A DNA stretch of 64,000 bases from a virus, in IMG/VR virus record IMGVR_UViG_3300036045_000005, positions 1-64,000 of that record. One strand, given 5' to 3'. Positions 36,132 to 45,706 of the stretch are shown here, one piece after another. Made by a program: the position numbers and the translations under genes. Under the pieces are notes generated by a model. That model was not told the DNA's origin and ran no database searches. It was given only the letters and a program-made list of their open reading frames with translations. Numbering within the stretch: position 1 is the stretch's first letter; each line of letters opens with the position of its first letter.

Positions 36132-36953
36132 GTGGGCAATCGGGAGGTCTACGTACCGCAACACGTTTTTCATACGGCCGCTGCTGAGGATTATCCGGGG
36201 GTGACGGCCGTTTCCGCCAAACTCATCTTCCCCAACCCGTTTACATTAGGTGATTACAAACGTTGGTACCGGGCACTCATGCCGAACCTGGCGAACAAGG
36301 AAGACCCGGATAACGATGCTTTGCTGCGCGAATACCGGGCAGCGATGACGATTGCGGCGTTGGAGGAGATAATGCCAGAGGGTGATGTTGAGCCCAACCT
36401 GCATAACCCGGATGCGTTTAATCTGCGTAATGTGGTGATTGTGGACGGCCGTGTGCCAGACGATCTACCCATCCCTTTTGCTACCTGGGTTTGTGATTGT
36501 GCCGAGGCGTATTTTGGCAGCTACGTCGTCCTGGAGAATCGCCAGACGAAGATCGCCCGGTTGACCCGCTTCCGGCTGTCATCCAACACCATTGACGTGG
36601 CCGAACCGATGCTTGCCGGTTTGTTGCCGGATTTGCAGACTTACACTGGCAGCGTGACCTTTGCAAAGGTGATGACGAAGACGAGTTATTCGCGTTGGCA
36701 AAAGTCGTTACGTGCTTTGCCCGGCGTGGAAGCCACCGACATTGACAACACCTTCTTCATGCGCCAATACCGGGCGGCGTTGGAACTGATTGAGAGTTGG
36801 GCGGTGGGAGATATACCGTTAAAGCTGATGAAGCACAAAGATGGGGAGGAAGCCCCTTTGCTGCTGGCCTCGTTCCTGGTGCTGGCGGCCGAGGCATATC
36901 TTGCCAAGACGATGACCTTAAAAAAAATGCCCGCGCTGTATGGGGTCACATAA
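36132..36953 (+). CDS. Tail assembly chaperone (G)
   Basis: Between tube and tape measure; ends just after a slippery A-run; AGGAG SD before GTG 36132. Confidence 0.7.
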   Translation: MGNREVYVPQHVFHTAAAEDYPGVTAVSAKLIFPNPFTLGDYKRWYRALMPNLANKEDPDNDALLREYRAAMTIAALEEIMPEGDVEPNLHNPDAFNLRNVVIVDGRVPDDLPIPFATWVCDCAEAYFGSYVVLENRQTKIARLTRFRLSSNTIDVAEPMLAGLLPDLQTYTGSVTFAKVMTKTSYSRWQKSLRALPGVEATDIDNTFFMRQYRAALELIESWAVGDIPLKLMKHKDGEEAPLLLASFLVLAAEAYLAKTMTLKKMPALYGVT

Positions 36954-37243
36954 TTCGGAAGGGTCGGGATGGCCCACCGCCCTGGTCGCTGGCGTTGGCG
37001 CGGGAGTGCCTGGATTATTACGGGAATTGGTTGCACTTCCCGCGCCCCGATGGCCCGTTGGCGCAAGATGAATATGAGATGGATTGTGTACATAATGCCT
37101 GGGCGATTGAGCGGATTTATTCTTCGGAGAAGGATAATGAGTTCAAGCGGCGAAACGGCCGTTTCCGGCTTTGGGTAATGTCTAAATCGCCAGAGGATGA
37201 GCAAGGCGTTTGGCTATGTCCCTGGCTCGAAGATGAAGAATAA
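36920..37243 (+). CDS. Tail chaperone -1 frameshift extension (GT)
   Basis: A AAA AAA at 36920-36926; the -1 frame stays open to 37243 (KKNARAVWGH...HFPRPDGPLAQD). Confidence 0.75.
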   Translation, partial: KKNARAVWGHIIRKGRDGPPPWSLALARECLDYYGNWLHFPRPDGPLAQDEYEMDCVHNAWAIERIYSSEKDNEFKRRNGRFRLWVMSKSPEDEQGVWLCPWLEDEE

Positions 37244-37247
37244 AAGC

Positions 37248-37279
37248 AAAAGCCCTGCTGGGAACAGACAGGGCTTTTG
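37248..37279. terminator. Bidirectional terminator
   Basis: AAAAGCCCTG...CAGGGCTTTT between convergent genes. Confidence 0.8.
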
Positions 37280-37339
37280 TGTCTCTTGCGAGACAAGACC
37301 GACTGCATTATATGCAATTCGCCGGAGAGCTACAACCCT

Positions 37340-37717
37340 CTATTCTACAGCGTTACCGGCCGTTGGTGTGCCTACTGCTTCTTCCTGGTAGCGCAGGTGC
37401 ATCACTTGAAAGTCTTTGGTCATCACCACGTCAAACGGCTCCCACCCGCCTTCACACAACTCCCTGAACAACCAGCGAGATATTCGCTCATCATTCCCAT
37501 CTAGCCGATGTAGTTGCAAAAAACAAGTTGTGCCGGTGACATCATGTTGAACATGGCGTAACTCCACTTTGGGCGCATGTATTTTAGCCTTGTCTATCAG
37601 CCAGTCTAAAACGTCTACGTGGGTACAATATAGGTTGAGGCTGGTGTAGTTGATGAAGCCCTGCTTATCCCCCCACATCGTTTCAACGGTCATGCTCAAG
37701 TATTTGTAACGCTTCAT
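37340..37717 (-). CDS. Moron protein of unknown function
   Basis: Own promoter (TTGACG 37788-37783, 18 bp, TATACT 37764-37759), CAGGAGG SD and terminator; LCEGGWEPF motif. Confidence 0.75.
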   Translation of the reverse strand: MKRYKYLSMTVETMWGDKQGFINYTSLNLYCTHVDVLDWLIDKAKIHAPKVELRHVQHDVTGTTCFLQLHRLDGNDERISRWLFRELCEGGWEPFDVVMTKDFQVMHLRYQEEAVGTPTAGNAVE

Positions 37718-37810
37718 GGGGTTCCTCCTGTTTGGTGAAACAACGCTAAGATGGGGTTAGTATAAGTGCGGTAGGGGACGGCCGTCAAACAATTCCCTTC
37801 CCCCTGCTAA

Positions 37811-37915
37811 TTGACCCCTATCCTTTGATAATGTAAAATTAAATCAAATCGAATTTAGCCCCTCTGGGAAACTTCCACAGCGGCTCGTGAGAACCCACTC
37901 ACGAGCCGCCTTTTT
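37811..37915 (+). promoter_or_regulatory. Late promoter plus leader/attenuator, copy 3 (before tape measure)
   Basis: TTGACC, 17 bp, TAAAAT, TAAATCAAA, GCCCCTCTGGGAAAC, ACAGCGGCTCGTGAG-AACCCA-CTCACGAGCCGC-C-T5. Confidence 0.85.
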
Positions 37916-37921
37916 GTTTGA

Positions 37922-40405
37922 ATGAATGAAAAACGGCTAGGAATCCGAATCATCACCCAATACGACGGCAAGGGCGCAGGTCAAGCCGAGCAATCGGTCA
38001 AGGGCCTAAGCGGCGCCCTGGGCAATTTAGGGAAGATTAGCGCGGCCGTTGGCGGGGCGGGGCTGCTCCTCAAGATTGGGCGGGATGCCATTCAGACAGC
38101 CAGCAATATCGAGGAGATGCAGAGCAAGTTTAACGTCGTCTTTGGCTCCTCCGGCGATAGTGTCACCAGCCAGCTTGAACAATTTGGCGAGCAGGCTAAC
38201 CGTTCACTCTACGATTTACAGGGGTTTGCAGCCAGTTTCCAGGATACGTTTGTGCCGTTGGGCTTTGCCCGTGAACAGGCGGCGGAACTCTCTGTTGGCC
38301 TGACCAAACTGACCGAGGATTTAGCCAGCTTCAACAACCTGGCCTCTTCCGATGTAGCGGCCAACCTAAGCAGTGCGCTAGTGGGCAACCATGAGGCGGT
38401 GCGCTCCTTTGGTATTGTCATCACCGAGACAACGCTCAAAGCGGAACTGGCGGCCAACGGTTGGGATAATCTGACCGGCGCGGCGTTGGAGCAGGCCAAA
38501 GTCCAGGCGCGGCTGAACATCATCATGCGTTCCACAACGGACGCGCAAGGTGATGCGATTCGTACCTCTGATAGTTACGCCAACCAGGTGCGGGGTATGC
38601 AGGCGGCGTGGCAAGAGTTCCTGGCAACATTGGGCACGGCCGCTCTGCCAGTAGCAACGGCCGCCGTGCAAAATCTCGCTGAAGCAGCCAGACAGGTATC
38701 CACCGACATTAAACCATCCATCGCTGCCCTCACTGGCGAATATGGCAACGCTGTTGAGGAGATGATCGCCGACAACATCCAGGGCGCAAAGACGCTGGAG
38801 GATTTGGCGGCTGAGGGCGCGAAGCTATCCAGCACCTACAACATGCTGGGTGGCTTTGCTGGGCATGTGACTGGCACCCATCACCAGATGCGGGAGGGGA
38901 TTCTGGCGACCGGTCGTGCGATGGCGGCGCAGGCAGGTTCGTTTGGTGAGTTTGAGACGGCTGTTTCTTCCTTCACCGGTGTTGCCCGGCGCGAGTTTGA
39001 ACTGTATGTGGAGACGCTGGGAATGACGGTTGAGGAGTATTACAACCTGGTTCATGCGGCGGCGGCTGTCGAATCCAGCGACAAGGCCATGCTCACGGCC
39101 GCCCAGAATGTCGGCTACCAGATGGAGCAGAACAGTGAAACCCTGGCAACGGGTAGCGGTATGGCCCAGATGTATGCAGACAAAGCCATTGCTGCCGATG
39201 AAGCCTCCCGTAAGTTTGCCATTGGGCTGGAACAGCAGCGGCTGGCGACGATTGCCGCTAACACCGCTCTGGTGAGTGCATTTAACGCAACGGCCGAGCC
39301 CGTCCAGGCTTTCCTGGCAGCGCAACAACAATCCCTGGATGCTCAAGGTGAGTGGGTGACTTATACCCGGAATAACGCGGGGGAGATTGCCGACATTTCC
39401 GAGCAGTTGGCGGCCGACCTGACGGAAGACCAGCGCACAGCCTGGGAAGAAACCCTCAAGAACACAACCGAAGGTAGCGCGGAATGGCTGACTGCCTGGA
39501 AAGCGTTGCAAGCTGACCTGACCGCCACGCAACGAGCCGAACTGATCGCCCAACGTGCCGATCTAGAAGCGGCCGGTGAGACCGTCGGCTCTGCTTACAC
39601 CGGCAGCATTGAGGACATGCAGGCGGCCAAAGACGCGGCCATTGAAGCGAACAACGCGATTATCGCTTCTTACCAGCAGCTGGCCCTGGAGGGCAGCCTG
39701 GCCCTGGCGGAAGCATCGCCAGACCCGGAGGCGTTGCAGCGTACCTTAGATTATGCGGTGGCGATTGGGGCGATGAGCCAGGCGGAGGCGGACTTGCGAC
39801 TGGAAGCGGCGAATACCCGCCTGGAGATTGAGGCCCTGAATCAAAAGGTGGTGGAAGGCTCAATCACTACCGCAGACGCGGCCGTGATGTACGACGAGCT
39901 AACGTCCAGTCAGGGGCGGGCGGCGGATGCCTCCGGTCGGTTGACGGAAGAAGGGGCAAAAATCGGGGCTGGCTTTCTGGAATCACTGCCGGGCATTGAT
40001 CAGGTCATTGAACGCCTGAACGCCCTGGACGGCCGTCACGTGCGAACGACCGTAGAAACCAATTACGTTAGCACTGGCGAACCGGGAAAGGCGGCGGGCG
40101 GGGATAAAGATGAGGAGGTTGGCTCAACCACCGGTGGGGGCGGCCGGGCATTTGGTGGGCTGGTTTATCCCAACCGCTTATACACAGTTGGCGAACGTGG
40201 GCCGGAAGTGTTCATGCCTTCAACGGCTGGACACATCATCCCAAATCACAAATTGGGCGGGTTAGACATGGGCAGCATTAACGTCAACGGGCCGTTGATT
40301 GGTACCGTCATTCAACAACCAGGCGAATCAGCTACCGAACTGGCAAACCGCATTAGCCAGATATTGGCTAAACGTTCCCGGCAAATTCGGGTGGCAGGAG
40401 GGTAG
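37922..40405 (+). CDS. Tape measure protein
   Basis: Ala-rich helical; SKFNVVFG, DLASFNN, GDA.RTSDSYANQ, RAFGG.V.....Y.VGERGPE.F.P. Confidence 0.92.
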   Translation: MNEKRLGIRIITQYDGKGAGQAEQSVKGLSGALGNLGKISAAVGGAGLLLKIGRDAIQTASNIEEMQSKFNVVFGSSGDSVTSQLEQFGEQANRSLYDLQGFAASFQDTFVPLGFAREQAAELSVGLTKLTEDLASFNNLASSDVAANLSSALVGNHEAVRSFGIVITETTLKAELAANGWDNLTGAALEQAKVQARLNIIMRSTTDAQGDAIRTSDSYANQVRGMQAAWQEFLATLGTAALPVATAAVQNLAEAARQVSTDIKPSIAALTGEYGNAVEEMIADNIQGAKTLEDLAAEGAKLSSTYNMLGGFAGHVTGTHHQMREGILATGRAMAAQAGSFGEFETAVSSFTGVARREFELYVETLGMTVEEYYNLVHAAAAVESSDKAMLTAAQNVGYQMEQNSETLATGSGMAQMYADKAIAADEASRKFAIGLEQQRLATIAANTALVSAFNATAEPVQAFLAAQQQSLDAQGEWVTYTRNNAGEIADISEQLAADLTEDQRTAWEETLKNTTEGSAEWLTAWKALQADLTATQRAELIAQRADLEAAGETVGSAYTGSIEDMQAAKDAAIEANNAIIASYQQLALEGSLALAEASPDPEALQRTLDYAVAIGAMSQAEADLRLEAANTRLEIEALNQKVVEGSITTADAAVMYDELTSSQGRAADASGRLTEEGAKIGAGFLESLPGIDQVIERLNALDGRHVRTTVETNYVSTGEPGKAAGGDKDEEVGSTTGGGGRAFGGLVYPNRLYTVGERGPEVFMPSTAGHIIPNHKLGGLDMGSINVNGPLIGTVIQQPGESATELANRISQILAKRSRQIRVAGG

Positions 40406-42904
40406 ATGGGCTACATCGCATACCTAAAGCGCGGCGCAAAAACACTCCGGCTGGATGAAGCACCTTTCGAGGTGGATGCGGAGAGCTTCGTCCCGCCCGC
40501 CACGCAGGAAGAACCCTTGCTCGCCTTTGGCACAAGTGCGAACCGTTACGGTGGCAGCAACAAGGTGTCTGAACGGGCGTTTGATGTGGAGTTCAATTTG
40601 CCAGTGGTGGTGACAGGGCGGAGCGAAGCGGCCGTGCGCCTGAATGGGCAGCAGTTGGCTGCCTTCCTCGAGTCGGGCACAAAGGCTGATCCCGTTTTCT
40701 TCTGCTGGAAGGGCAATGATGATGTCTCGGTGGAGCCTCTTTGGGGGCAATACGGTGCGCCTGTTCGCTACGAGATTATTCACGCGGGCACACCTCAGGT
40801 AGATGATTTTTACCGCATGGGCGACCAGCGGAAGTATGCAGCGGGGTACAACGCAACGCTGCGGGTGAAGCCGTATGCTCAGGGCTTGCCGCAGCGATTT
40901 GGTAGTGCGGCAGGCGGGATTGTAGAAGACAATTTTGGCACGGCCGATGGCCGTTCGCGGGGGCTGATCATTCCAGAGGCCATCACGAATAAGTTCACAA
41001 ACTCAGTGTTTGGGCACTCAACATGGAACAACGGATGGACGGCCGGGAGTAGCCTGACGGCGACAGAGAACAATGACCCGGAATTTGTTCTACCGGGGAC
41101 GCGGGCCAGCGCCACACTGTTTAGCAACAGCACGTCCAACAATACATTTACCCAGTCCATTAACGTGGGCAACACCAACACCCATTGCCTCAGCGTTTAC
41201 GCCAAGAGACATGATGGCGGGGCGATTGATAGCAACCCTACGGAATTTTGGTTGTATTACAACAACCAGAAGCCAAGCTATACCTACACCTATCAGGCGA
41301 TAGGTAATGGCTGGTATCGGGTTTCCGTGACGGTAACAGGGATCAATTCGGCCGTTAATACTGGTGTTCAGGTGGTAAATGGGCAGAGCATCACCGTTGC
41401 CGGTTTCCAATTGGAGCAATTGGAATATCCAACCCCGCTTTGTTACGGCGATTTACTTGGCTGCGCCTGGTCGGGAACGGCCCACGCCAGTACATCTACC
41501 CGCACAGTTGCGCGGTGGCGAATTCCCGCACCCACTCTACTGTCTACCAATGCAGGCACATTGCGGGTTGTTGTTAAGATGTCTCAGGCTGATGATCGGC
41601 CGTTAGATGCCACATATTTCCATGACACGATTGGCGGTATGATCTTCGGTTTCAACAGCGGCGCAGCCACCTTTTTTTTCACGGATGGCACAAATACAGC
41701 CACCTCGTCGGCACAATCCTTTGACCAGGGGGATGTGCTAATTTTCCATTGCGTTTACAGCACCGGTCTGTTCGGAAGTGGTGGATTGCAGATTTACCGT
41801 GATGGCACGGAGATTGCCAGCGACAATACTTACACACCACGAGAGTTTGGCGATTATTTCTACCTCGGCACAACGGAAGTGGGGGGGTTCCCTGGCAACG
41901 ACACGTTCTCTGATTTCGCCATTTTCGACCGGGCGTTGACGGCCGGAGAGATTTTAGCCGATGCTACCAATATCAGTGCCTTCGTCAACGGCGGCGACGG
42001 CCTGGGGCAGTGCCTCTCGCCCATCCCCTGGTTGTGGACGGATGACGGCGACGATGTGCTAGAGGGCTGCGACGACAACTGGTGTGTTATTGGGGGAATA
42101 CCTGGCAACACACCCTCGTCGCGCCTGCAATTTGCTGCTAGCTACTCTACTCAGCTCTCAAATGCCCGTACATTTTGGCTAGACAACCTGCCCTTAGAAC
42201 AGTTTGTAAGCCCAATGGATAACAAGTTTTACGACCTATCTGGCGTGGCAGAAGCAGGCACGTGTGGAGGGGAGGCTGTGGCCGCCAATGTGGGTTCATC
42301 TGAGGGTGTGGTGGGTAATGCACAGGTGGCACGACCTGACCTGCTGAGGGGGAGAGACATTCAGGTGATTGCCCGGATGAGGGACATTGGTACGGCCGTT
42401 TGGGTCAAGTTCAGGCAAGGGCTGGGTAATGATGGCCTGGACACGGATTTTAAGCCCCTAACCACCGATACCACCTACCGGCTTTACGAGATCGGTCGTT
42501 CTTATTTTGCCAGTCCAGCAAAGATGATGGATGGGGTTATTGAGGAGGTGTTGGGCGGGGCCTCTAATACCGTTAAGATTGTTGCCAGGCGTGATTCTGG
42601 TTCGCCTGCGTTGTATATTGATTACCTTGCCCTGTTGTTTAACGCCATGAAGTTGGTGGACAGGGTAGGCAACAACATCACCATCTTTTACGACAACGGT
42701 AAGGCGGTTACAAGTTCATCCACATCTTTGCCCCTGACTTTTAACGGTAACAGTGTGGAGGTATACGGCCGTTCTCTGGAGCTGCATCCCCATAAATACA
42801 ACATTATCAATTGGTATCCTGGCGACAACACTACCGCGCCAGCGATTACCGTGACCTGGACTTTCCGGGGAATTTGGATAACGCCCCTTTGGTCAATTCA
42901 CTAA
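40406..42904 (+). CDS. Distal tail-like protein with inserted carbohydrate-binding / LamG-like domains
   Basis: Follows the tape measure; GNGWYRVSVT, QLEQ..YPTP, FAIFDRALTA.EI. Confidence 0.7.
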   Translation: MGYIAYLKRGAKTLRLDEAPFEVDAESFVPPATQEEPLLAFGTSANRYGGSNKVSERAFDVEFNLPVVVTGRSEAAVRLNGQQLAAFLESGTKADPVFFCWKGNDDVSVEPLWGQYGAPVRYEIIHAGTPQVDDFYRMGDQRKYAAGYNATLRVKPYAQGLPQRFGSAAGGIVEDNFGTADGRSRGLIIPEAITNKFTNSVFGHSTWNNGWTAGSSLTATENNDPEFVLPGTRASATLFSNSTSNNTFTQSINVGNTNTHCLSVYAKRHDGGAIDSNPTEFWLYYNNQKPSYTYTYQAIGNGWYRVSVTVTGINSAVNTGVQVVNGQSITVAGFQLEQLEYPTPLCYGDLLGCAWSGTAHASTSTRTVARWRIPAPTLLSTNAGTLRVVVKMSQADDRPLDATYFHDTIGGMIFGFNSGAATFFFTDGTNTATSSAQSFDQGDVLIFHCVYSTGLFGSGGLQIYRDGTEIASDNTYTPREFGDYFYLGTTEVGGFPGNDTFSDFAIFDRALTAGEILADATNISAFVNGGDGLGQCLSPIPWLWTDDGDDVLEGCDDNWCVIGGIPGNTPSSRLQFAASYSTQLSNARTFWLDNLPLEQFVSPMDNKFYDLSGVAEAGTCGGEAVAANVGSSEGVVGNAQVARPDLLRGRDIQVIARMRDIGTAVWVKFRQGLGNDGLDTDFKPLTTDTTYRLYEIGRSYFASPAKMMDGVIEEVLGGASNTVKIVARRDSGSPALYIDYLALLFNAMKLVDRVGNNITIFYDNGKAVTSSSTSLPLTFNGNSVEVYGRSLELHPHKYNIINWYPGDNTTAPAITVTWTFRGIWITPLWSIH

Positions 42905-45396
42905 TGAGCGACTTAACCCTGGCTGCCTTCCAGAAGTTCAGCACTACGCCTCGCCTCGAGCCGGCCAACGACCTGGACGATGCCTCTATCACCCATTTGG
43001 CGCGGGGGCTGCAAGGGCCAGCCGAAGCGGAACTGTTTATCCCGCGTGAGGTAGAGACACCCTTGCTGCTAAACGGAAGTGACCGGCTGGTGATTTATGA
43101 CGGGCAGACGGCCGTGCATGAAGGCATGGTGACTGGGCGCGGCTTCCAAATGGGGCAGGGGGCAGAACAAGGCGTGAGCATCGAAGCCCCTGGCTTTTGG
43201 GGGGCACTGCTGGCACGGCGCACGATTGATAAACGCTGGGCGGATAACAGACTGACGGAAGAAATCTGGACGGAAGACCTAAATGCGCAGACGAGCAAGT
43301 TTCGCCTGAACCGCCAGCATTTTCGGCTGGTCTTTACGCCTGTAAATGGCGAGAGCTACGTGGACGGAGATATGTACGCGGTGAGTTACGGTATGCCGTC
43401 CGGCGAAACTATTAAGAAGGTGGTTTTTTCTTACGAATTTAGCGAGGTGGCCGTCTTGTCGCCTGCGGCCGCCCGCCATAACGACGACGCGGATAATGCC
43501 AACACGTTCACCGATTTGCCCACCGCTATTGACGGCGATCCAGGTACTGGCCCCAATGTCACCCTTTCTTCGGACGATTATTTGTATATCCGGGTGCCTA
43601 AAGATGTAGAGGCTGATGGTCTCCGGTTCAATGTGGGCAGTAGTGTCAACAACAACGCGGCCACTATGGGCCTGGAGAAATATACGGGCAAGCCACGAGA
43701 CAACACCCCGCTTTCCGCCCAACATAACAACGGCGGCGCGTTCACCGTGTTAACCAACGCCTTTGACAACAACGCAGGCACGAGTGTCAACGTCACCCTG
43801 ACCAAAGATGATTATCTCTATATCCGTTCCCACACGGCGCAAATTCGCGGCCTACGTTTCGATCTAGGAGGAACGGTAAACACCAACGAAGCCCGTCTAC
43901 GGGTGCAGCGATACAACGCGGATACTGGCGGTTGGACATCTATTACACCGGAAGAGAATCAGGTGGAGAGTAAAGGCACCAATGACATGATGCCGTTCAC
44001 CAAAGACGGTTCGCTTCTGTGGTCTGAGGATGTGGTTACTGGGGCAACAACGGTGAATGGCATGGCCGGATTGTGGTGGCGGATCACGCCATCGGCTGAC
44101 CTGACGGCCGTCACCATCAACGAGATTTATGTGCTGACGGGTTGGGAGAGTGTGACGATTGCCGATGGCACGGCCTCAGGCGGGGCAACGCTGGCCCAAG
44201 ACGGTGACATTACCTTTACTTATGCAGCGGACTGGAAAGAGATTCGGATCAACGACGAGCGCGGGTTCTGGTTGCGCTTACGGCCGTCGGCCACGCTGGA
44301 TGCCGTCACCTTCCTGGAAATCGAACTGCTAGATCGGCAAGAATGGGAGTTGCGCCTGCGTGATCGGGGTGCAGGCACTACGATATGGAATGTGACGGCC
44401 GATGATTCAGACACGGCCACTCTAACCATTATTGCTCCCACAACCCCCCTGTATTTTGAGTTTATCTCACGAGGCAACCAACGTGGCTATGGCAATGGCA
44501 CCGTTTTTGCCAGCCTGGTTAGCCTCACCGTTTACTCGGAAACATCAGACATTAACCTGACCGAGATTGCGCGGGACTGTATTGATACCCTGTCGGCCGA
44601 AGGTGTGTTGAATAGCACCGAGGTGTATCTCAATGCACCAGCCTCTCCCCTGGCTCTGGAACCATTTCATACGGTGGGGCCAGAAAGTTGGGCCTCTATT
44701 TTATCTCGTGCTGCCTCATTCGGTGACGAAGATGGCAATGAATGGCGAGTTTATCTCCGGCCGTCTGATGATGCACCTACCCCTGACGGCCGTCCCGTGC
44801 TGGCGGTGTCGCAATACCCGGCATTGACTGAAGCAGCTTACGCGGTGACACCAGAGGAACTGGAGGCATCAGTTGAAATTATCCAGGACTTTGCCTCACT
44901 GGTGAATATGGTGGTCGTGCGCTACACAGAAGATGGTGAGGGTAGCGGCTACGTTGAATTTGAGGATGAGGCCAGCATTGAGAAATGGGGAGAGTTTCAC
45001 CTGGATAGTCCATTGGATATTGGGTTTGCTTCCGACTCTACTGCCATCGGGATTGGCACTCGTTATCTGGCGGCGCACAAAGACCCGAAGTTCATTGTTT
45101 CTGGGCCACTGCGAATGAAGGGTTACATCCGCAATGAGGGTGGTGGGCAAACGCCTGTCGCCCAAATCAAGGCGGGGGTGAACATTCGCCTGGAGAACTT
45201 CCTGGAAGACGTGGCCCAGGTCAGCGGGGCGGGGCTGACCTTCCGCATTACGCGAGTGACGTATGACGATGTGACGGAGACGGCCGAGATTTATACCGGG
45301 TTGGTGCCAGATGCAATTGAGATATTACTGGCGCAGCAGGCATTGGGGCTGGCGGCCGTTGTTGGCGGTCAGCCAGACCAAAGGGCATGGCGATAA
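42904..45396 (+). CDS. Baseplate hub / tail-tip protein with inserted beta-sandwich domains
   Basis: Position; N.VVVRY...D.ASI.KWG; internal repeated DDYLYIR...GLRF. Confidence 0.7.
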   Translation: MSDLTLAAFQKFSTTPRLEPANDLDDASITHLARGLQGPAEAELFIPREVETPLLLNGSDRLVIYDGQTAVHEGMVTGRGFQMGQGAEQGVSIEAPGFWGALLARRTIDKRWADNRLTEEIWTEDLNAQTSKFRLNRQHFRLVFTPVNGESYVDGDMYAVSYGMPSGETIKKVVFSYEFSEVAVLSPAAARHNDDADNANTFTDLPTAIDGDPGTGPNVTLSSDDYLYIRVPKDVEADGLRFNVGSSVNNNAATMGLEKYTGKPRDNTPLSAQHNNGGAFTVLTNAFDNNAGTSVNVTLTKDDYLYIRSHTAQIRGLRFDLGGTVNTNEARLRVQRYNADTGGWTSITPEENQVESKGTNDMMPFTKDGSLLWSEDVVTGATTVNGMAGLWWRITPSADLTAVTINEIYVLTGWESVTIADGTASGGATLAQDGDITFTYAADWKEIRINDERGFWLRLRPSATLDAVTFLEIELLDRQEWELRLRDRGAGTTIWNVTADDSDTATLTIIAPTTPLYFEFISRGNQRGYGNGTVFASLVSLTVYSETSDINLTEIARDCIDTLSAEGVLNSTEVYLNAPASPLALEPFHTVGPESWASILSRAASFGDEDGNEWRVYLRPSDDAPTPDGRPVLAVSQYPALTEAAYAVTPEELEASVEIIQDFASLVNMVVVRYTEDGEGSGYVEFEDEASIEKWGEFHLDSPLDIGFASDSTAIGIGTRYLAAHKDPKFIVSGPLRMKGYIRNEGGGQTPVAQIKAGVNIRLENFLEDVAQVSGAGLTFRITRVTYDDVTETAEIYTGLVPDAIEILLAQQALGLAAVVGGQPDQRAWR

Positions 45397-45593
45397 TGAA
45401 ACGATGTAGATGGCCACTACTGTCATTGATTGCGTTGATAGCGATATTGGTTCTGCTCCTGGCTCAGGCACAGGCAAGTGTACGGCCGCGACTGTGGCTG
45501 ATTGATCCCGGCGAAACGCGGCAGATTGGTTGTGCGGATGGCAGCCGGCCGGCCGTTGAGCAGAACGGCCGACTGTTTGCGAGTTGTCCATGA
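45387..45593 (+). CDS. Small exported or membrane protein
   Basis: Signal-like N-terminus WPLLSLIALIAILVLLLAQAQA. Confidence 0.55.
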   Translation: MAIMKRCRWPLLSLIALIAILVLLLAQAQASVRPRLWLIDPGETRQIGCADGSRPAVEQNGRLFASCP

Positions 45594-45682
45594 CTTTGAT
45601 CGTTTGCCCTTTCCTCCTTCTGCTTTTCTTGAGCAGCACATACCTGTTCTGGCGATTTGGGAAATGGCTATTCAGGGCATGA
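45590..45682 (+). CDS. 30-aa membrane peptide (not in the ORF track)
   Basis: ATGA overlap; MTLIVCPFLLLLFLSSTYLFWRFGKWLFRA. Confidence 0.45.
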   Translation: MTLIVCPFLLLLFLSSTYLFWRFGKWLFRA

Positions 45683-45706
45683 GGTAATTGACAACCGGAG
45701 ATTATT

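Noticed and set aside
15892-40408. Stop-codon reassignment suggested by TAG-ATG abutments (15894/15895, 40405/40406)
   Set aside because: Core genes are full length under the standard code, and the downstream gene at 40406 has its own SD.
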